64,000 nucleotides of DNA from Acidimicrobiia bacterium. Its GTDB lineage: Bacteria > Actinomycetota > Acidimicrobiia > Spongiisociales > ZC4RG35. The translations under genes were made by a program, and so were the position numbers. Every line of letters begins with the position of its first letter. Position 1 is the first letter of the stretch. The stretch lies in assembly GCA_965203555.1 (NCBI GenBank), contig CBDBCY010000004.1, positions 1,792,001 through 1,856,000 on the forward strand. The letters run 5' to 3'. Positions 30,046 to 39,593 of this stretch are shown in pieces. The notes beneath the pieces were generated by a model, which saw nothing but the letters and a program-made list of their open reading frames with translations, was not told where the DNA came from and did no database searches.

Positions 30046-30444
30046 ATGAGCGACCTGCCCGCCACCAATGGAGAAGAAGCCCGCCGGTGGATGGAACGCG
30101 CCGAAGACGCTCTCGACACGGCCGCTTATGTCGCCGGGAAGGAAAACTGGCATATGGCCTGTCATTTGCTGGTCGTAGCCGCGGAGACCGCCATTGAGGC
30201 CGCTCACATCGCCGCAGACACTCCCGTTCCCCGGAAGCACATTCGGGACCTGCTTTCGACTTGTCCCGTGATCGCCATTCGAGAAACCGTGTACGAAACC
30301 TACAACAGAACCGCCCTCAACCGGTTCTCGAGGTTTTACTACGCGAGGTATCCGGATGGAGAGGACGCTGATCAGGGTAGTTACCTGTGGTGTTCCCAGG
30401 TCGCTCAGAGGATCGTCCGGTCTGTCGGGGAAGCGTTGCCATGA
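30046..30444 (+). CDS. HEPN domain protein
   Basis: ARRWMERAEDAL, AAETAIEA, PRKH, ARYP pattern. Confidence 0.78.
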   Translation: MSDLPATNGEEARRWMERAEDALDTAAYVAGKENWHMACHLLVVAAETAIEAAHIAADTPVPRKHIRDLLSTCPVIAIRETVYETYNRTALNRFSRFYYARYPDGEDADQGSYLWCSQVAQRIVRSVGEALP

Positions 30445-30902
30445 GTCTTCCTCCCATAGTCGGAGAAGAAGCCGGAGGCCGTCCCCCGCCGGATGTTCCG
30501 CTGCCCGACCGAAACATCCGCGAGGAGCAGGAGAAAGCGCTGCGGAGAGACCTTTCGCTTCCCTATCCGGGTCTGCCGCGGGACTACGTGGATGAGGCGT
30601 TGGCGGCGACGCGGTTGTTCGACCCCGACAAGGTGTATCTGTTCGGATCGGTGGTTCGCGGAGACGACACGATACACTCCGACATCGATCTGCTGGTGGC
30701 GGTGGACGCCCTTCCCCGGATCAGCTGGAGGGATTGGTCCTCCGCTATCCGTCGCGCGGCGCGGCGCTACTGTCCTTTCGAAGTGGACGCGAAGATGACG
30801 GATGTGGAGGACTTGGAACGTCGCAAGAACGTGGTCACCAGTCCATGTATGTGGGTACGGAAAGAGGGCATCCTGCTCCACGACAGAGATGCCCGCCCAT
30901 GA
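30441..30902 (+). CDS. Minimal nucleotidyltransferase (MNT) domain protein
   Basis: VYLFGSVVRGD...SDIDLLV motif. ATGA overlap with the HEPN gene. Confidence 0.88.
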   Translation: MSLPPIVGEEAGGRPPPDVPLPDRNIREEQEKALRRDLSLPYPGLPRDYVDEALAATRLFDPDKVYLFGSVVRGDDTIHSDIDLLVAVDALPRISWRDWSSAIRRAARRYCPFEVDAKMTDVEDLERRKNVVTSPCMWVRKEGILLHDRDARP

Positions 30903-32014
30903 GTGTCTGTGATCCGGTGCGAGTTGGCGTGGTGGGCGCCAGCCCGCCGGGATTCGGAGATCGCGCCCATCTGCCTGCGGTGCAGTCCGCGCCGGGGCTG
31001 ACGTTGGAGGCGGTATGCACCACGCGGGAGGAGACGGCCCGAGCTGCCGCCGAGAAGTGGGGCGCCCGAAAGTGGTATGCCGGAGTTGACGATCTCTGCA
31101 AAGACCCCAATGTTGATCTCGTCACCGTGGCGGTTCGGCCTCGTCTGCACCACCCGTTGACGATGGCCGCTCTGCGGGCGGGCAAGCCGGTGTTCTGCGA
31201 ATGGCCCTTGGCGCTCGACACCGCCCAGGCGGTGGAGATGAGATCGGCGGCAGAGCAGGGCGCTATTCCCACCGCAGTAGGGTTGCAGGGAAGGTTCGCC
31301 CCGGCGGTGGCCTGGGCGAGGCGCCTGGTGACAGACGGAGCGGTCGGACGGCCTCTTTCGTTCGTGGTCTCCCAGATGCTGTCGAAATTCGACGTGGACC
31401 GCGACCGGGCCTGGCTGGTGCGCCACGAGGAGGCCAGCGGGGCGCTGTTCGTGGCCTTTGGTCATGTGATGGACTCGGTTCGTTTCATTCTGGGAGAGGT
31501 GGAGAACATCTCCGCCCGGCAGATGACCCTGTCTCCGGCAGGGGTATACACCGACGGTGGGACTTTTGAGTGGAGGACCGCCGACACCGTGATGGCCATG
31601 GCCGAGGTGGTCGGGGGAATCGTGGGGACGGCTTACGTCTCCAACACAACTTCACCTCCCCAGGGGTATTCCCTGCGGATCATCGGAGAGGAAGGTCAAA
31701 TCGTCCTGGGGGCGCCTTCCTACTACCAGTTCAGCCCGGTGCGGGTGTCAAGGGGACCCCTCCAGGTTTCGGTGGGCCGAGGAATATCGGACCGTTTGGA
31801 AGAAGTAGAGATTCCCGCCGGGTTTTTCTCGGACATGCCGGTCACCGAAGGGCACTCTGCCTACAACGTGGCCAGAGCTATAAGCGACTTCGCCAACTCG
31901 ATCCGGGAGGGACGGCGCTTTCGACCCGACTTCGCGGACGGAGTGGCCCTCCACCACCTCCTTGACGCCGCCATGACCTCCAGCCGGGAAGGGCGAAGGG
32001 TGACTGTGCCATAA
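30899..32014 (+). CDS. Gfo/Idh/MocA family oxidoreductase
   Basis: RVGVVG, DPNVDLV, ALRAGKPVFCEWPLA, PDFADG. Confidence 0.9.
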   Translation: MSVCDPVRVGVVGASPPGFGDRAHLPAVQSAPGLTLEAVCTTREETARAAAEKWGARKWYAGVDDLCKDPNVDLVTVAVRPRLHHPLTMAALRAGKPVFCEWPLALDTAQAVEMRSAAEQGAIPTAVGLQGRFAPAVAWARRLVTDGAVGRPLSFVVSQMLSKFDVDRDRAWLVRHEEASGALFVAFGHVMDSVRFILGEVENISARQMTLSPAGVYTDGGTFEWRTADTVMAMAEVVGGIVGTAYVSNTTSPPQGYSLRIIGEEGQIVLGAPSYYQFSPVRVSRGPLQVSVGRGISDRLEEVEIPAGFFSDMPVTEGHSAYNVARAISDFANSIREGRRFRPDFADGVALHHLLDAAMTSSREGRRVTVP

Positions 32015-32049
32015 CCCCACCGGTCGGCAATCCCCTGACGTAAGGCCTC

Positions 32050-32393
32050 GTTGCTGTCCCGATCATTCCGTCACGAGAGCGCAGAAGGCCGTCTTCCTGG
32101 CCCGCGCCCTACGCTTGGACAACCCCCCTTTCACCGGTATCTACCCGGATGTCGCAGAGGGCGCCTGGTATACGCCATTTGTGGAGGCGATGGGCGCCCG
32201 CGAGCTTACCGATACTCAGGTTTCGGGAAACTACCGGCCCAATGATCCCATGCTCCGTTCGGAGATGGCCATATTCCTGCAAAGGCGTTTCGCCTCGATC
32301 AAGCCGGAAGTCATCCGCCTCCTCATTCCAGGACATCCCCGCAGACGCCGCTTATGCCTTTGCCGCGGAAAGCGATTCTGTAATCCGCTGTAA
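32050..32393 (+). pseudogene. S-layer homology (SLH) domain gene remnant
   Basis: PDHSVTRAQKAVFLARAL, YPDVAEGAWY, YRPNDPMLRSEMAIFL. No start or signal peptide, degenerate 3' end. Confidence 0.65.
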
Positions 32394-32603
32394 CCTGAGG
32401 ATGCGGCGTGGATTCCCTTATGGTGAAGCGTCTCCTCCCAAGGCATCTTCACCGCTCTCAGCGTCGGCGACGCCCGGACTTGCGGTCTCAGACCCGACGG
32501 CGCCCTCGAATGCTGGGGCCGCAATCGCAAAGAGGAATGAGTCTGGGTCCATCCCCCGTAGCGGCAGACGGCAACTCGCCCTAAACTGGAAAGACCTCTG
32601 CCG

Positions 32604-32674
32604 GCGGGTGTAGTTCAATGGCAGAACACGAGCTTCCCAAGCTCGGAGTGGGGGTTCGATTCCCCTCACCCGCT
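32604..32674 (+). tRNA. tRNA-Gly (anticodon CCC)
   Basis: Acceptor stem GCGGGTG/CACCCGC, D-arm GTTC-AATGGCA-GAAC, anticodon arm CGAGC-TTCCCAA-GCTCG, T-arm GGGGG-TTCGATT-CCCCT. CCA is not encoded directly. Confidence 0.97.
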
Positions 32675-32769
32675 CTCCACCGGACCACGCCGGTGTGATG
32701 GCCGCTCCTGGTCAATCGCAACCCTCTTCGTCCGGCTAGTCTAGACGGCAGATTCCAAAGGCCCGCTCC

Positions 32770-35700
32770 GTGGAGATTTCTATGACTGACAGATCGTCCA
32801 GATTCGTGACTCTTTTCGTAGTGTCGGCGCTGTTTGCGACCCTCCTGGTCAGCCCCGCCGCAGCGGCTGACGGTGGGACCTACGAGGATGTCTCCTCCCA
32901 GAGTCCCCACATCCCGGCAATTGATGCCTTGGGGGCACTGGGACTGTTCGTTGAAACGGATTGCGCCGACGGAAGCTTCTGTCCCGATGAGCCCCTGCCT
33001 CGATGGGTGATGGCGGTATGGGTCGCCCGGGTTATCTACGGCGTCGACCCCCGGGAGGAATCACCGTCGACACGGTTCGTTGACCTGTACGACGACATAG
33101 CGTGGGCGGCCCCCCATATCGAGCAGTTGGTCGACTCGGGCATTATCGAGGGATGCGACGTCGATGCGAAAACGTTCTGCCCCGAGGACGGCCTGACCCG
33201 CGGGGAGATAGCGACGGTTCTGACCCGCGCCTTCAAACTTCCGCCGGCCGGCTACGTCGGGTTCGCAGATCTGGTGGGTGTTGAAAACGCCGACGACATC
33301 CATGCTCTTGCCGCGGCAGGGATAACCGTGGGTTGTTCCGCCGATCCCTTCCTTTACTGCCCCTCTTCGGCTGTAACGAGGGCTCAGATGGCGTCGTTCC
33401 TGGCGCGTGCCGCGGGCCTGGTTGCCAAACCCGGCTATCAGCCGGTGACGGATTCGACCCCCCTGCCCACCGATCCGGCGGTGCGAGTCGGGACCCTGGA
33501 CAACGGTTACACCTACTACCTGCGGCAGAACGACAAACCCGGCAACAGCGTGACGCTGCGATTGGTGGTCAGGGCGGGATCCGTCAATGAACCCGAGCCG
33601 GAGTTGGGCATAGCCCACTTCGTGGAGCACATGCTCTTCAGGGGAACGGAAGCCTACACGGGCGAAGAATTGAACGCCACCCTCCGCTCCCTGGGAGTGG
33701 AATCCGGCCCCGACTTCAACGCCGGCGTCTGGTACGACCAGACCGTCTACGATCTCACCGTCACCACGGATCCTGTGGAGAATGTCGACACGGCGTTGCA
33801 TGTGCTGTCGCAGATGGGTCACGCCGCTCTCATCGAACCGGAGACCGTGGATGCAGAGCGTGGCGTGGTGCTGGACGAGGCCCGGTACCGGACTGCCACT
33901 GCAAGCGGCCAGATCTCAGCCGAGTTCGACCGGATATATACCGAAGGGACACCGTACGAGGGCTACTACCCCATCGGGACCGTGTCCGGTATCGAGTCGA
34001 CCACCGCTGAGGACCTGCGGGACTTCTACGAGACGTGGTACGTACCGTCGAACATGGCTATCGTGGCGGTCGGCGACCTGCCCACCGACGAACTCTACGC
34101 TATGGTCGAACGGCACTTCGGATCGATAGAGTCCGGTGCGGCGCCGGATCTCTCCCTTGCCGAGATCACCCCTGACCGGACGGTCTCCTACGACGTGGTG
34201 ACGGACGACGAATATGGTCTCTCCTTCATCTCGCTCGACATCCCGATCCCGACGTTCGACTACGCCACCGTGGGCGGGAACCGTCTCCTCATGATGGAGA
34301 GCCTGGTCGCCACGATGGTTCAGAACCGACTCGAAGACGCCTTCTATCGCGGTGAACTGACCCAGGTGGATGTGCCCCAGTTCCACGCTTTCAATCACAA
34401 CCAGAGACTGCGTTACTACGGCACCAACTGGCAGGGCGAGAATCTCGACACCGCCTCAAAAGATTATCTTTCGGTATTGCGGACGGTTCAACGGTACGGC
34501 TTCAATGATGACGACCTATCCCGCGCCACTGCGGCGTTCGCCACCTCGCTCCAGTACCAACTTGACAACGCCGTGTCGACGAAGGACCTCGCCTACGCGG
34601 AGAGGTACGTCAGCCACTTTTTGTCCGGGGTGGACATAAGCGAGCCGCAGGAACGCTACGACCGGCTCTCGGCTCTCTTGGATGAGGTCACCGCCAAAGA
34701 GCTGACCGATCACTTCCGCTGGCTGATGAACCGGGCGAACCTGATTGTTATCGCAGTGGGTCCCGATGCAGCCAGCGTGCCCACGACGTCCGCTCTTCAA
34801 GCCGCCGTGGAAGCCGCCCGCCCCCGGAGCGAGCCGCCTCCGATCGAGCCCGAGATCGCCAGGTTGATGGAGATTCCCGAGCCGGTGAGCCCGGTTGCCA
34901 CCCGGACATTGACGGTGCTGGACGCCACCGAATGGGAGTTCGCCAACGGAGCGCGGGTGATGTTCGTTTATTCCGATATCGAAGAATCGACGGTCCACCT
35001 TCGGGCCCGGTCCCTGGGGGGATGGTCGACACTCTATCCGGGCGCCCGTGCTTTGGCGCCGCGGGCGGTGGAAGCGGTGCTGGGCAGCGGTTTCGGTGAT
35101 CTAAGCAAATTGCAGATCGACCGGTTCCTGGGAGATAGCACCGCATCGCTGAACGCCGTCATCAATGAAAGAGAAGAGGGTTTCGACGGCGCCTCCAATC
35201 CTGACGACCTTGGCACGCTGTTCCAACTTCTGCATCTGGCTGTAACCGCTCCCCGGGTGGACGACCTCGCCTTCCAACAGGCTCTGAACGCCGCAGCCAT
35301 CCGCACGTCATTTGCCGAAGTGAATCCTGCCTGGCAGGCTTGGGTGGCCTACAACGAGGCGCGTTTCGGCGCCGAGTGGCACCACCCGGTGGCCACCCGG
35401 GAACAACTGGCCACGCTGAGCGCCGAGTCGCTCCTCGGTCTCTTCCGGGCGCGCCTGGGCGAGGTGGACGACATGATGCTGGCGGTGGTGGGAGACACCA
35501 GCGCCGAAGAGGTCGAACGGCTCGCTCGCCACTATGTCGGGACCCTCCCCGCCGGTGACTCCGATACCTTCGCCGACCGCCACGCACCGGCGCCGACCGA
35601 ACTGGTGCGGCGGGAAATACCGGTAACCGCGGACATGAGCGCCGTGTTGCAAATGTATAATGACACCCCGGTTTCCGATTCTCCGTCTGTTCGGGTCAAT

Positions 35701-36174
35701 GGCGACGTGCTGGAATCGATCCTGGATGATCGCCTCTTCCGGCTGGTCCGTGAAGAGTTGGGCGCCTCTTATGTTGCCGGGGTCTCGATTCAAACGGCCT
35801 TGACGCCCACACCCACGATCTACTCGAACCTCTTCTACACGGTTGACGCCGACGGTTATGAAAACGCCTACCAGCAGGTTCTCTCGATTCTGGCCGATCT
35901 GGTCGCCAACGGACCCACCGCCGAGGAACTGGAGCAGGCCAGGACCGTTCTCCGGGCCGACTACAGCGAGCCCAGCAACGGCGCCCTGCTCAGCGTTCTC
36001 ATCAACCGCCTGTACCTCGACGACGACAACCTGCCCACCTCCCAGGGTTCCCTGGAAGAACTCGATGCGGTCACCATCGCTTCGGTGCAGTCCCTGGCCG
36101 CCGTTCTCTACGACAAGGAAGGGCGCGTGGAGATCGTGCGGGTCCCGACCGCCAATCCGGACGGAAGCGGGTAA
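32770..36174 (+). CDS. Secreted SLH-domain M16 (insulinase/PqqL-like) zinc peptidase
   Basis: Signal peptide, three SLH repeats (e.g. [13 protein letters not shown]), [12 protein letters not shown], inverted zincin HFVEH. Confidence 0.9.
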   Translation: MEISMTDRSSRFVTLFVVSALFATLLVSPAAAADGGTYEDVSSQSPHIPAIDALGALGLFVETDCADGSFCPDEPLPRWVMAVWVARVIYGVDPREESPSTRFVDLYDDIAWAAPHIEQLVDSGIIEGCDVDAKTFCPEDGLTRGEIATVLTRAFKLPPAGYVGFADLVGVENADDIHALAAAGITVGCSADPFLYCPSSAVTRAQMASFLARAAGLVAKPGYQPVTDSTPLPTDPAVRVGTLDNGYTYYLRQNDKPGNSVTLRLVVRAGSVNEPEPELGIAHFVEHMLFRGTEAYTGEELNATLRSLGVESGPDFNAGVWYDQTVYDLTVTTDPVENVDTALHVLSQMGHAALIEPETVDAERGVVLDEARYRTATASGQISAEFDRIYTEGTPYEGYYPIGTVSGIESTTAEDLRDFYETWYVPSNMAIVAVGDLPTDELYAMVERHFGSIESGAAPDLSLAEITPDRTVSYDVVTDDEYGLSFISLDIPIPTFDYATVGGNRLLMMESLVATMVQNRLEDAFYRGELTQVDVPQFHAFNHNQRLRYYGTNWQGENLDTASKDYLSVLRTVQRYGFNDDDLSRATAAFATSLQYQLDNAVSTKDLAYAERYVSHFLSGVDISEPQERYDRLSALLDEVTAKELTDHFRWLMNRANLIVIAVGPDAASVPTTSALQAAVEAARPRSEPPPIEPEIARLMEIPEPVSPVATRTLTVLDATEWEFANGARVMFVYSDIEESTVHLRARSLGGWSTLYPGARALAPRAVEAVLGSGFGDLSKLQIDRFLGDSTASLNAVINEREEGFDGASNPDDLGTLFQLLHLAVTAPRVDDLAFQQALNAAAIRTSFAEVNPAWQAWVAYNEARFGAEWHHPVATREQLATLSAESLLGLFRARLGEVDDMMLAVVGDTSAEEVERLARHYVGTLPAGDSDTFADRHAPAPTELVRREIPVTADMSAVLQMYNDTPVSDSPSVRVNGDVLESILDDRLFRLVREELGASYVAGVSIQTALTPTPTIYSNLFYTVDADGYENAYQQVLSILADLVANGPTAEELEQARTVLRADYSEPSNGALLSVLINRLYLDDDNLPTSQGSLEELDAVTIASVQSLAAVLYDKEGRVEIVRVPTANPDGSG

Positions 36175-36263
36175 GAGTTGACGCAAGTGATGGGATGGCG
36201 GCGGACTCCCCGCCGCCATCCAGTCCCAAGCAGGCAGTTTGTCGCTTCAAGGTATGGGAAACC

Positions 36264-36836
36264 GTGATCTTTTCTGACCGATCGATTCGGGAGGCCCTTT
36301 CCGAAGGCCGACTGGAAATCGATCCCTTCGAGGAATCCAACGTCCAACCTTCGAGCGTCGACTTGCGAGTCGCCTCCACCTTCAGAGTGTTCGCCAACCA
36401 TCTCTATCCCTACATAGATCCTCGCCGGCCTCAGGAGAACCTCACCAGTCTTCATGACGTGGGACGCGATGATCACTTCATCCTGCATCCCGGTGAGTTC
36501 GCCCTGGGCGCCACCTTGGAGCGGGTCCGGTTGGACAATGACATCGTGGCCCGTTTGGAGGGAAAGTCCAGTTTGGGGAGGCTGGGTTTATTGATCCACT
36601 CCACGGCTGGATTCGTTGATCCCGGCTTCAATGGTCACCTCACCTTGGAACTCTCCAACGTCGCCCAGCTTCCCATCGCCATCTACCCCGGAATGCGGAT
36701 CGGGCAGATCAGCTTCTACCAGATGACCACGCCGGCCGACAACCCCTACGGAAGCGGGGTGATCGGCTCCAAATACCAGGGCCAGGCCGGACCCACGGCC
36801 AGCCGGAGTCACCAGGACTTTCGCATCGGCGGCTAG
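36264..36836 (+). CDS. dcd: dCTP deaminase
   Basis: [40 protein letters not shown]. Confidence 0.96.
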   Translation: MIFSDRSIREALSEGRLEIDPFEESNVQPSSVDLRVASTFRVFANHLYPYIDPRRPQENLTSLHDVGRDDHFILHPGEFALGATLERVRLDNDIVARLEGKSSLGRLGLLIHSTAGFVDPGFNGHLTLELSNVAQLPIAIYPGMRIGQISFYQMTTPADNPYGSGVIGSKYQGQAGPTASRSHQDFRIGG

Positions 36837-36939
36837 GAATGGGCTGTTTCTGAATAGCGACCAGGAATAAGTGTTAAGAGGGGTGGCTCGTGATGGGCGA
36901 TATGTGAACGGCAGCCGTCATCACTGACAGAAAGTCGCG

Positions 36940-36973
36940 AAAAAAGCGGGTGCCCTTTCGGGCCCACTCCCGC
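36940..36973 (-). terminator. Intrinsic terminator of the candidate sRNA (copy B)
   Basis: Minus strand GCGGGAGTGGGCCC-GAAA-GGGCACCCGC-TTTTTT. Confidence 0.75.
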
Positions 36974-37088
36974 CTCCACCTTGCCGGGTCTAACAACCCC
37001 CGTCCAGCCGGGAACAGGCTTTGCCCAGACATCTGATCCCTCGACGCGGTCCGAACGACGCCGGATCGGACCGTCTCGGTGTTTGGCT
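36940..37088 (-). ncRNA. Candidate small RNA, copy B (about 150 nt), family unknown
   Basis: Lies between a TTGATT-N18-CATATT promoter and an intrinsic terminator, contains hairpins, and is homologous to 51404-51624. Confidence 0.65.
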
Positions 37089-37094
37089 CTCATC

Positions 37095-37124
37095 AATATG
37101 AACCCCTCCCTGGGACAGAATCAA
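37095..37124 (-). promoter_or_regulatory. Putative sigma-70-type promoter
   Basis: TTGATT (37124-37119), 18-nt spacer, CATATT (37100-37095). Conserved with 51406-51435. Confidence 0.65.
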
Positions 37125-37234
37125 CCTCCGAATCACTTTTTGTTTCACAACCTGTGACAAGACCGAACGGCAAAATCGGTGTCCCACCACGACAACTCGA
37201 GTCAGTCTCCCGCATTGTCCCGACCGCAATAGCC

Positions 37235-38242
37235 TCAGTACTCGTGGTCGGCGCGGCGCTGGCGGGAAGGCTGCACCCGCGGCGGCTCTCCCGGTTGTTT
37301 GGGATAGTGGGGAGGCCAGGGGGCGTCTCCCAGGCCGTACTCCTCCTCGTCGCGAACCACCCATTCCAAGAGAGTGTGGACTTCCCCCGCCGCCTCATCG
37401 ATCCCCTCGGTCAAATCGCCAACCTCCCGGTACCTGGCCGCGAACCGATCCATGGGAAAGTCTTCGATCTCCACGTCGGGCAGTTCCTCCCAGGCGAGGG
37501 GCGCCGATACATATCCGGTGGGTCTCACTCCGTAGGCCGATGAGACGGTCTTGTCCCGGGCGTTCTGGTTGTAGTCGACAAAGATTCCCTTGCGTTCTTC
37601 CTTCCACCATTTGGTGGTGACCAGACCGGGCAGTCGCCTCTCCAGCTCCCTGGCGAAGGCCAGCACCGCCCTCCGGGTGTGATGGAAGTCATAGGCGCGT
37701 TCTATCCGGACATACACGTGAATCCCCCGGCTTCCGGAGGTCTTGGGCCATCCCCGCAGTCCCACCTCCTCCAGCAACGCGCCTGCTGCCAACGCCACCT
37801 CCTTCACATGGGGGAACCCGAACCCGGGCGTGGGATCGAAGTCGAACCGCAACTCATCGGGGTGGTCGATGTCGTCGGCGCGAACCGGCCAGGGATGCAG
37901 GTCCAGGCACCCCAACTGCGCCAACCGGACGATGTCGGCCTCGGTGGTGGGCACGTTCATCACCCCCGGGCGTTGCGACGGAAACCGAATGTCCACCGTC
38001 TTGAAGGGAGTTCTCCGCTGGGCTCGCTTTTGATAGACGGGAGGCTGCTCCACCCCTTTCATGTAGCGCTTGAGCATGGTGGGGCGGTTGGCCACCCCTC
38101 GCAGCGCTCCCTCCGCGCAAACGACGAAATGCTCGACCACATCCAGCTTGGTCCAGCCCTGTTTCGGAAACACCACCCGGGACGGACTGGAGATCCTCAC
38201 CTCCTCGCCTGCTACCTCGACGAAGGCGACTTCTTTGGCCAT
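37235..38242 (-). CDS. Stand-alone LigD polymerase-domain (Prim-Pol) protein
   Basis: RPTMLKRY, PDELRFDFDP, KTSGSRGIH, FVDYNQNARDKT. Confidence 0.92.
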   Translation of the reverse strand: MAKEVAFVEVAGEEVRISSPSRVVFPKQGWTKLDVVEHFVVCAEGALRGVANRPTMLKRYMKGVEQPPVYQKRAQRRTPFKTVDIRFPSQRPGVMNVPTTEADIVRLAQLGCLDLHPWPVRADDIDHPDELRFDFDPTPGFGFPHVKEVALAAGALLEEVGLRGWPKTSGSRGIHVYVRIERAYDFHHTRRAVLAFARELERRLPGLVTTKWWKEERKGIFVDYNQNARDKTVSSAYGVRPTGYVSAPLAWEELPDVEIEDFPMDRFAARYREVGDLTEGIDEAAGEVHTLLEWVVRDEEEYGLGDAPWPPHYPKQPGEPPRVQPSRQRRADHEY

Positions 38243-38360
38243 CACAAGGCGGTAGCTTATCTGGAAGGTTGATGGGTGATTCTTCAAGACCACTCCGTCC
38301 TCGCGCCCCAAATCCCTCCGGGTGCAACAGGACGGGCCGATCAGGGGTTCTTTTAAGTAG

Positions 38361-38888
38361 ATGGACGATTTAGCCGAGGCTTTGGCGGCGGACCTGGACA
38401 AGGCCTTTCCCGATCTGGTGTCCCGGTTGCAGAACGGCGTTTTCAGCGGACTGCGCCAACTCACAGGAGATCACCATCAAGCCGAAGATCTGACCCAGGA
38501 AGCCTTCATCCGGGCATACCGGGTAATGCAGACCTATCCTGCCGAACGCATCCGCACCATGCGTCTGCGGGGTTGGGTGTGGACTATCGCCCTGAATCTG
38601 TTGCGTAACCAGGCTCGCGCCGAATCACGACACCCGAGGCCGGTGAGGCTGGAGGAAGTCGGCTACCTTCCGGCGTCGCCTCCGGACTCTGCGGCTTGGC
38701 GCCGGCGATGGATGCTTTTGTCCACAGCCCAAAGAACGGCGGTGATCCTCCGGCATGTGGCAGGTCTTTCCTACCGGGAGATCTCAGAGGCGACCGACCG
38801 TCCCCAAAATACCGTGCGAAGCGACGTCCGCCGCGGGCTCAGCCGGCTGCGTTCCATCATCGCAGAAGAGAACAGGAGTAGCGAATGA
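38361..38888 (+). CDS. ECF RNA polymerase sigma factor
   Basis: AEDLTQEAFIRAY, WVWTIALN, LSYREI...TVRSDVRRG. Confidence 0.92.
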   Translation: MDDLAEALAADLDKAFPDLVSRLQNGVFSGLRQLTGDHHQAEDLTQEAFIRAYRVMQTYPAERIRTMRLRGWVWTIALNLLRNQARAESRHPRPVRLEEVGYLPASPPDSAAWRRRWMLLSTAQRTAVILRHVAGLSYREISEATDRPQNTVRSDVRRGLSRLRSIIAEENRSSE

Positions 38889-39457
38889 ACCCGGAAAAGG
38901 AGTTGGGCCGTTTGATCATCACCGCCCCACCCGCAGTTGCGGAGGGGGTGGCCCTCGGCACCGGTCTGTCCGATGGATTCTCGGTGTTCGAATCGCCGCT
39001 GGGGCCGGTGATGGTGGCCTTCAATCCCCTGGGCGTGTCGGCGGTCGACCTGCTCAGCAAGGGATTCGAACAGCGATTCGAGCAACGGTTCCGAAGAGGC
39101 CTGTTGGAAGCCCGGCCGCCCCGGGACTGGAACGACCTGATTCTCCGTGCACTGGCGGAAGGCATGCCCGGGGCTCTTCCGGTGGATTTCCGCTCGGTTA
39201 CCACCTTTCAGAAGAAGGTGCTGGAGGAGACCGCCGCCATCCCCCGCGGAGAGACCCGTTCGTACGGATGGCTGGCTCGCCGGACCGGGCGCCCCAAGGC
39301 GGCCCGGGCGGTGGGACAGACCATGGCCCGAAACCCCGTCCCCATGGTGATCCCCTGCCACCGAGTAGTCCGCTCCGATGGCCGGATTGGACATTACGGG
39401 CTGGGTGGCGTCGACAACAAGCGGACATTGCTTCGGGTAGAGGGCGCCATAGGGTAG
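38885..39457 (+). CDS. ogt: Methylated-DNA--protein-cysteine methyltransferase
   Basis: IPRGETRSY, ARAVG, IPCHRV active site. ATGA overlap with the sigma gene. Confidence 0.93.
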   Translation: MNPEKELGRLIITAPPAVAEGVALGTGLSDGFSVFESPLGPVMVAFNPLGVSAVDLLSKGFEQRFEQRFRRGLLEARPPRDWNDLILRALAEGMPGALPVDFRSVTTFQKKVLEETAAIPRGETRSYGWLARRTGRPKAARAVGQTMARNPVPMVIPCHRVVRSDGRIGHYGLGGVDNKRTLLRVEGAIG

Positions 39458-39593
39458 GAACACCTTCGGCCAGGGGTAGGGATCGTCACGGAAACCAGAA
39501 GCCGAGCCTTCCCGCTATTGTGTCGGAAAGTTCACCCAAATCCCCGCACCCCCCTTTGGACAATCATCGCATGACTGAACACCAGGAGAAACC

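Noticed and set aside
32604-32674. tRNA-Gly as an integration site
   Set aside because: I saw no duplicated tRNA 3' end and no integrase in the window.
36985-37030. c-di-GMP-I riboswitch-like GGCAAAGCC on the minus strand
   Set aside because: The GAAA-tetraloop P2 arm is missing and there is no downstream gene on that strand.
36833-37096. 87-aa minus-strand ORF
   Set aside because: It starts within the predicted -10 box, runs through a terminator, and the frame is not conserved in copy A.
37140-37160. Imperfect palindrome TTGTTTCACAACCTGTGACAA upstream of the copy B promoter
   Set aside because: Orientation and spacing do not fit CRP or Rex consensus and it is not shared with copy A; too weak to call.
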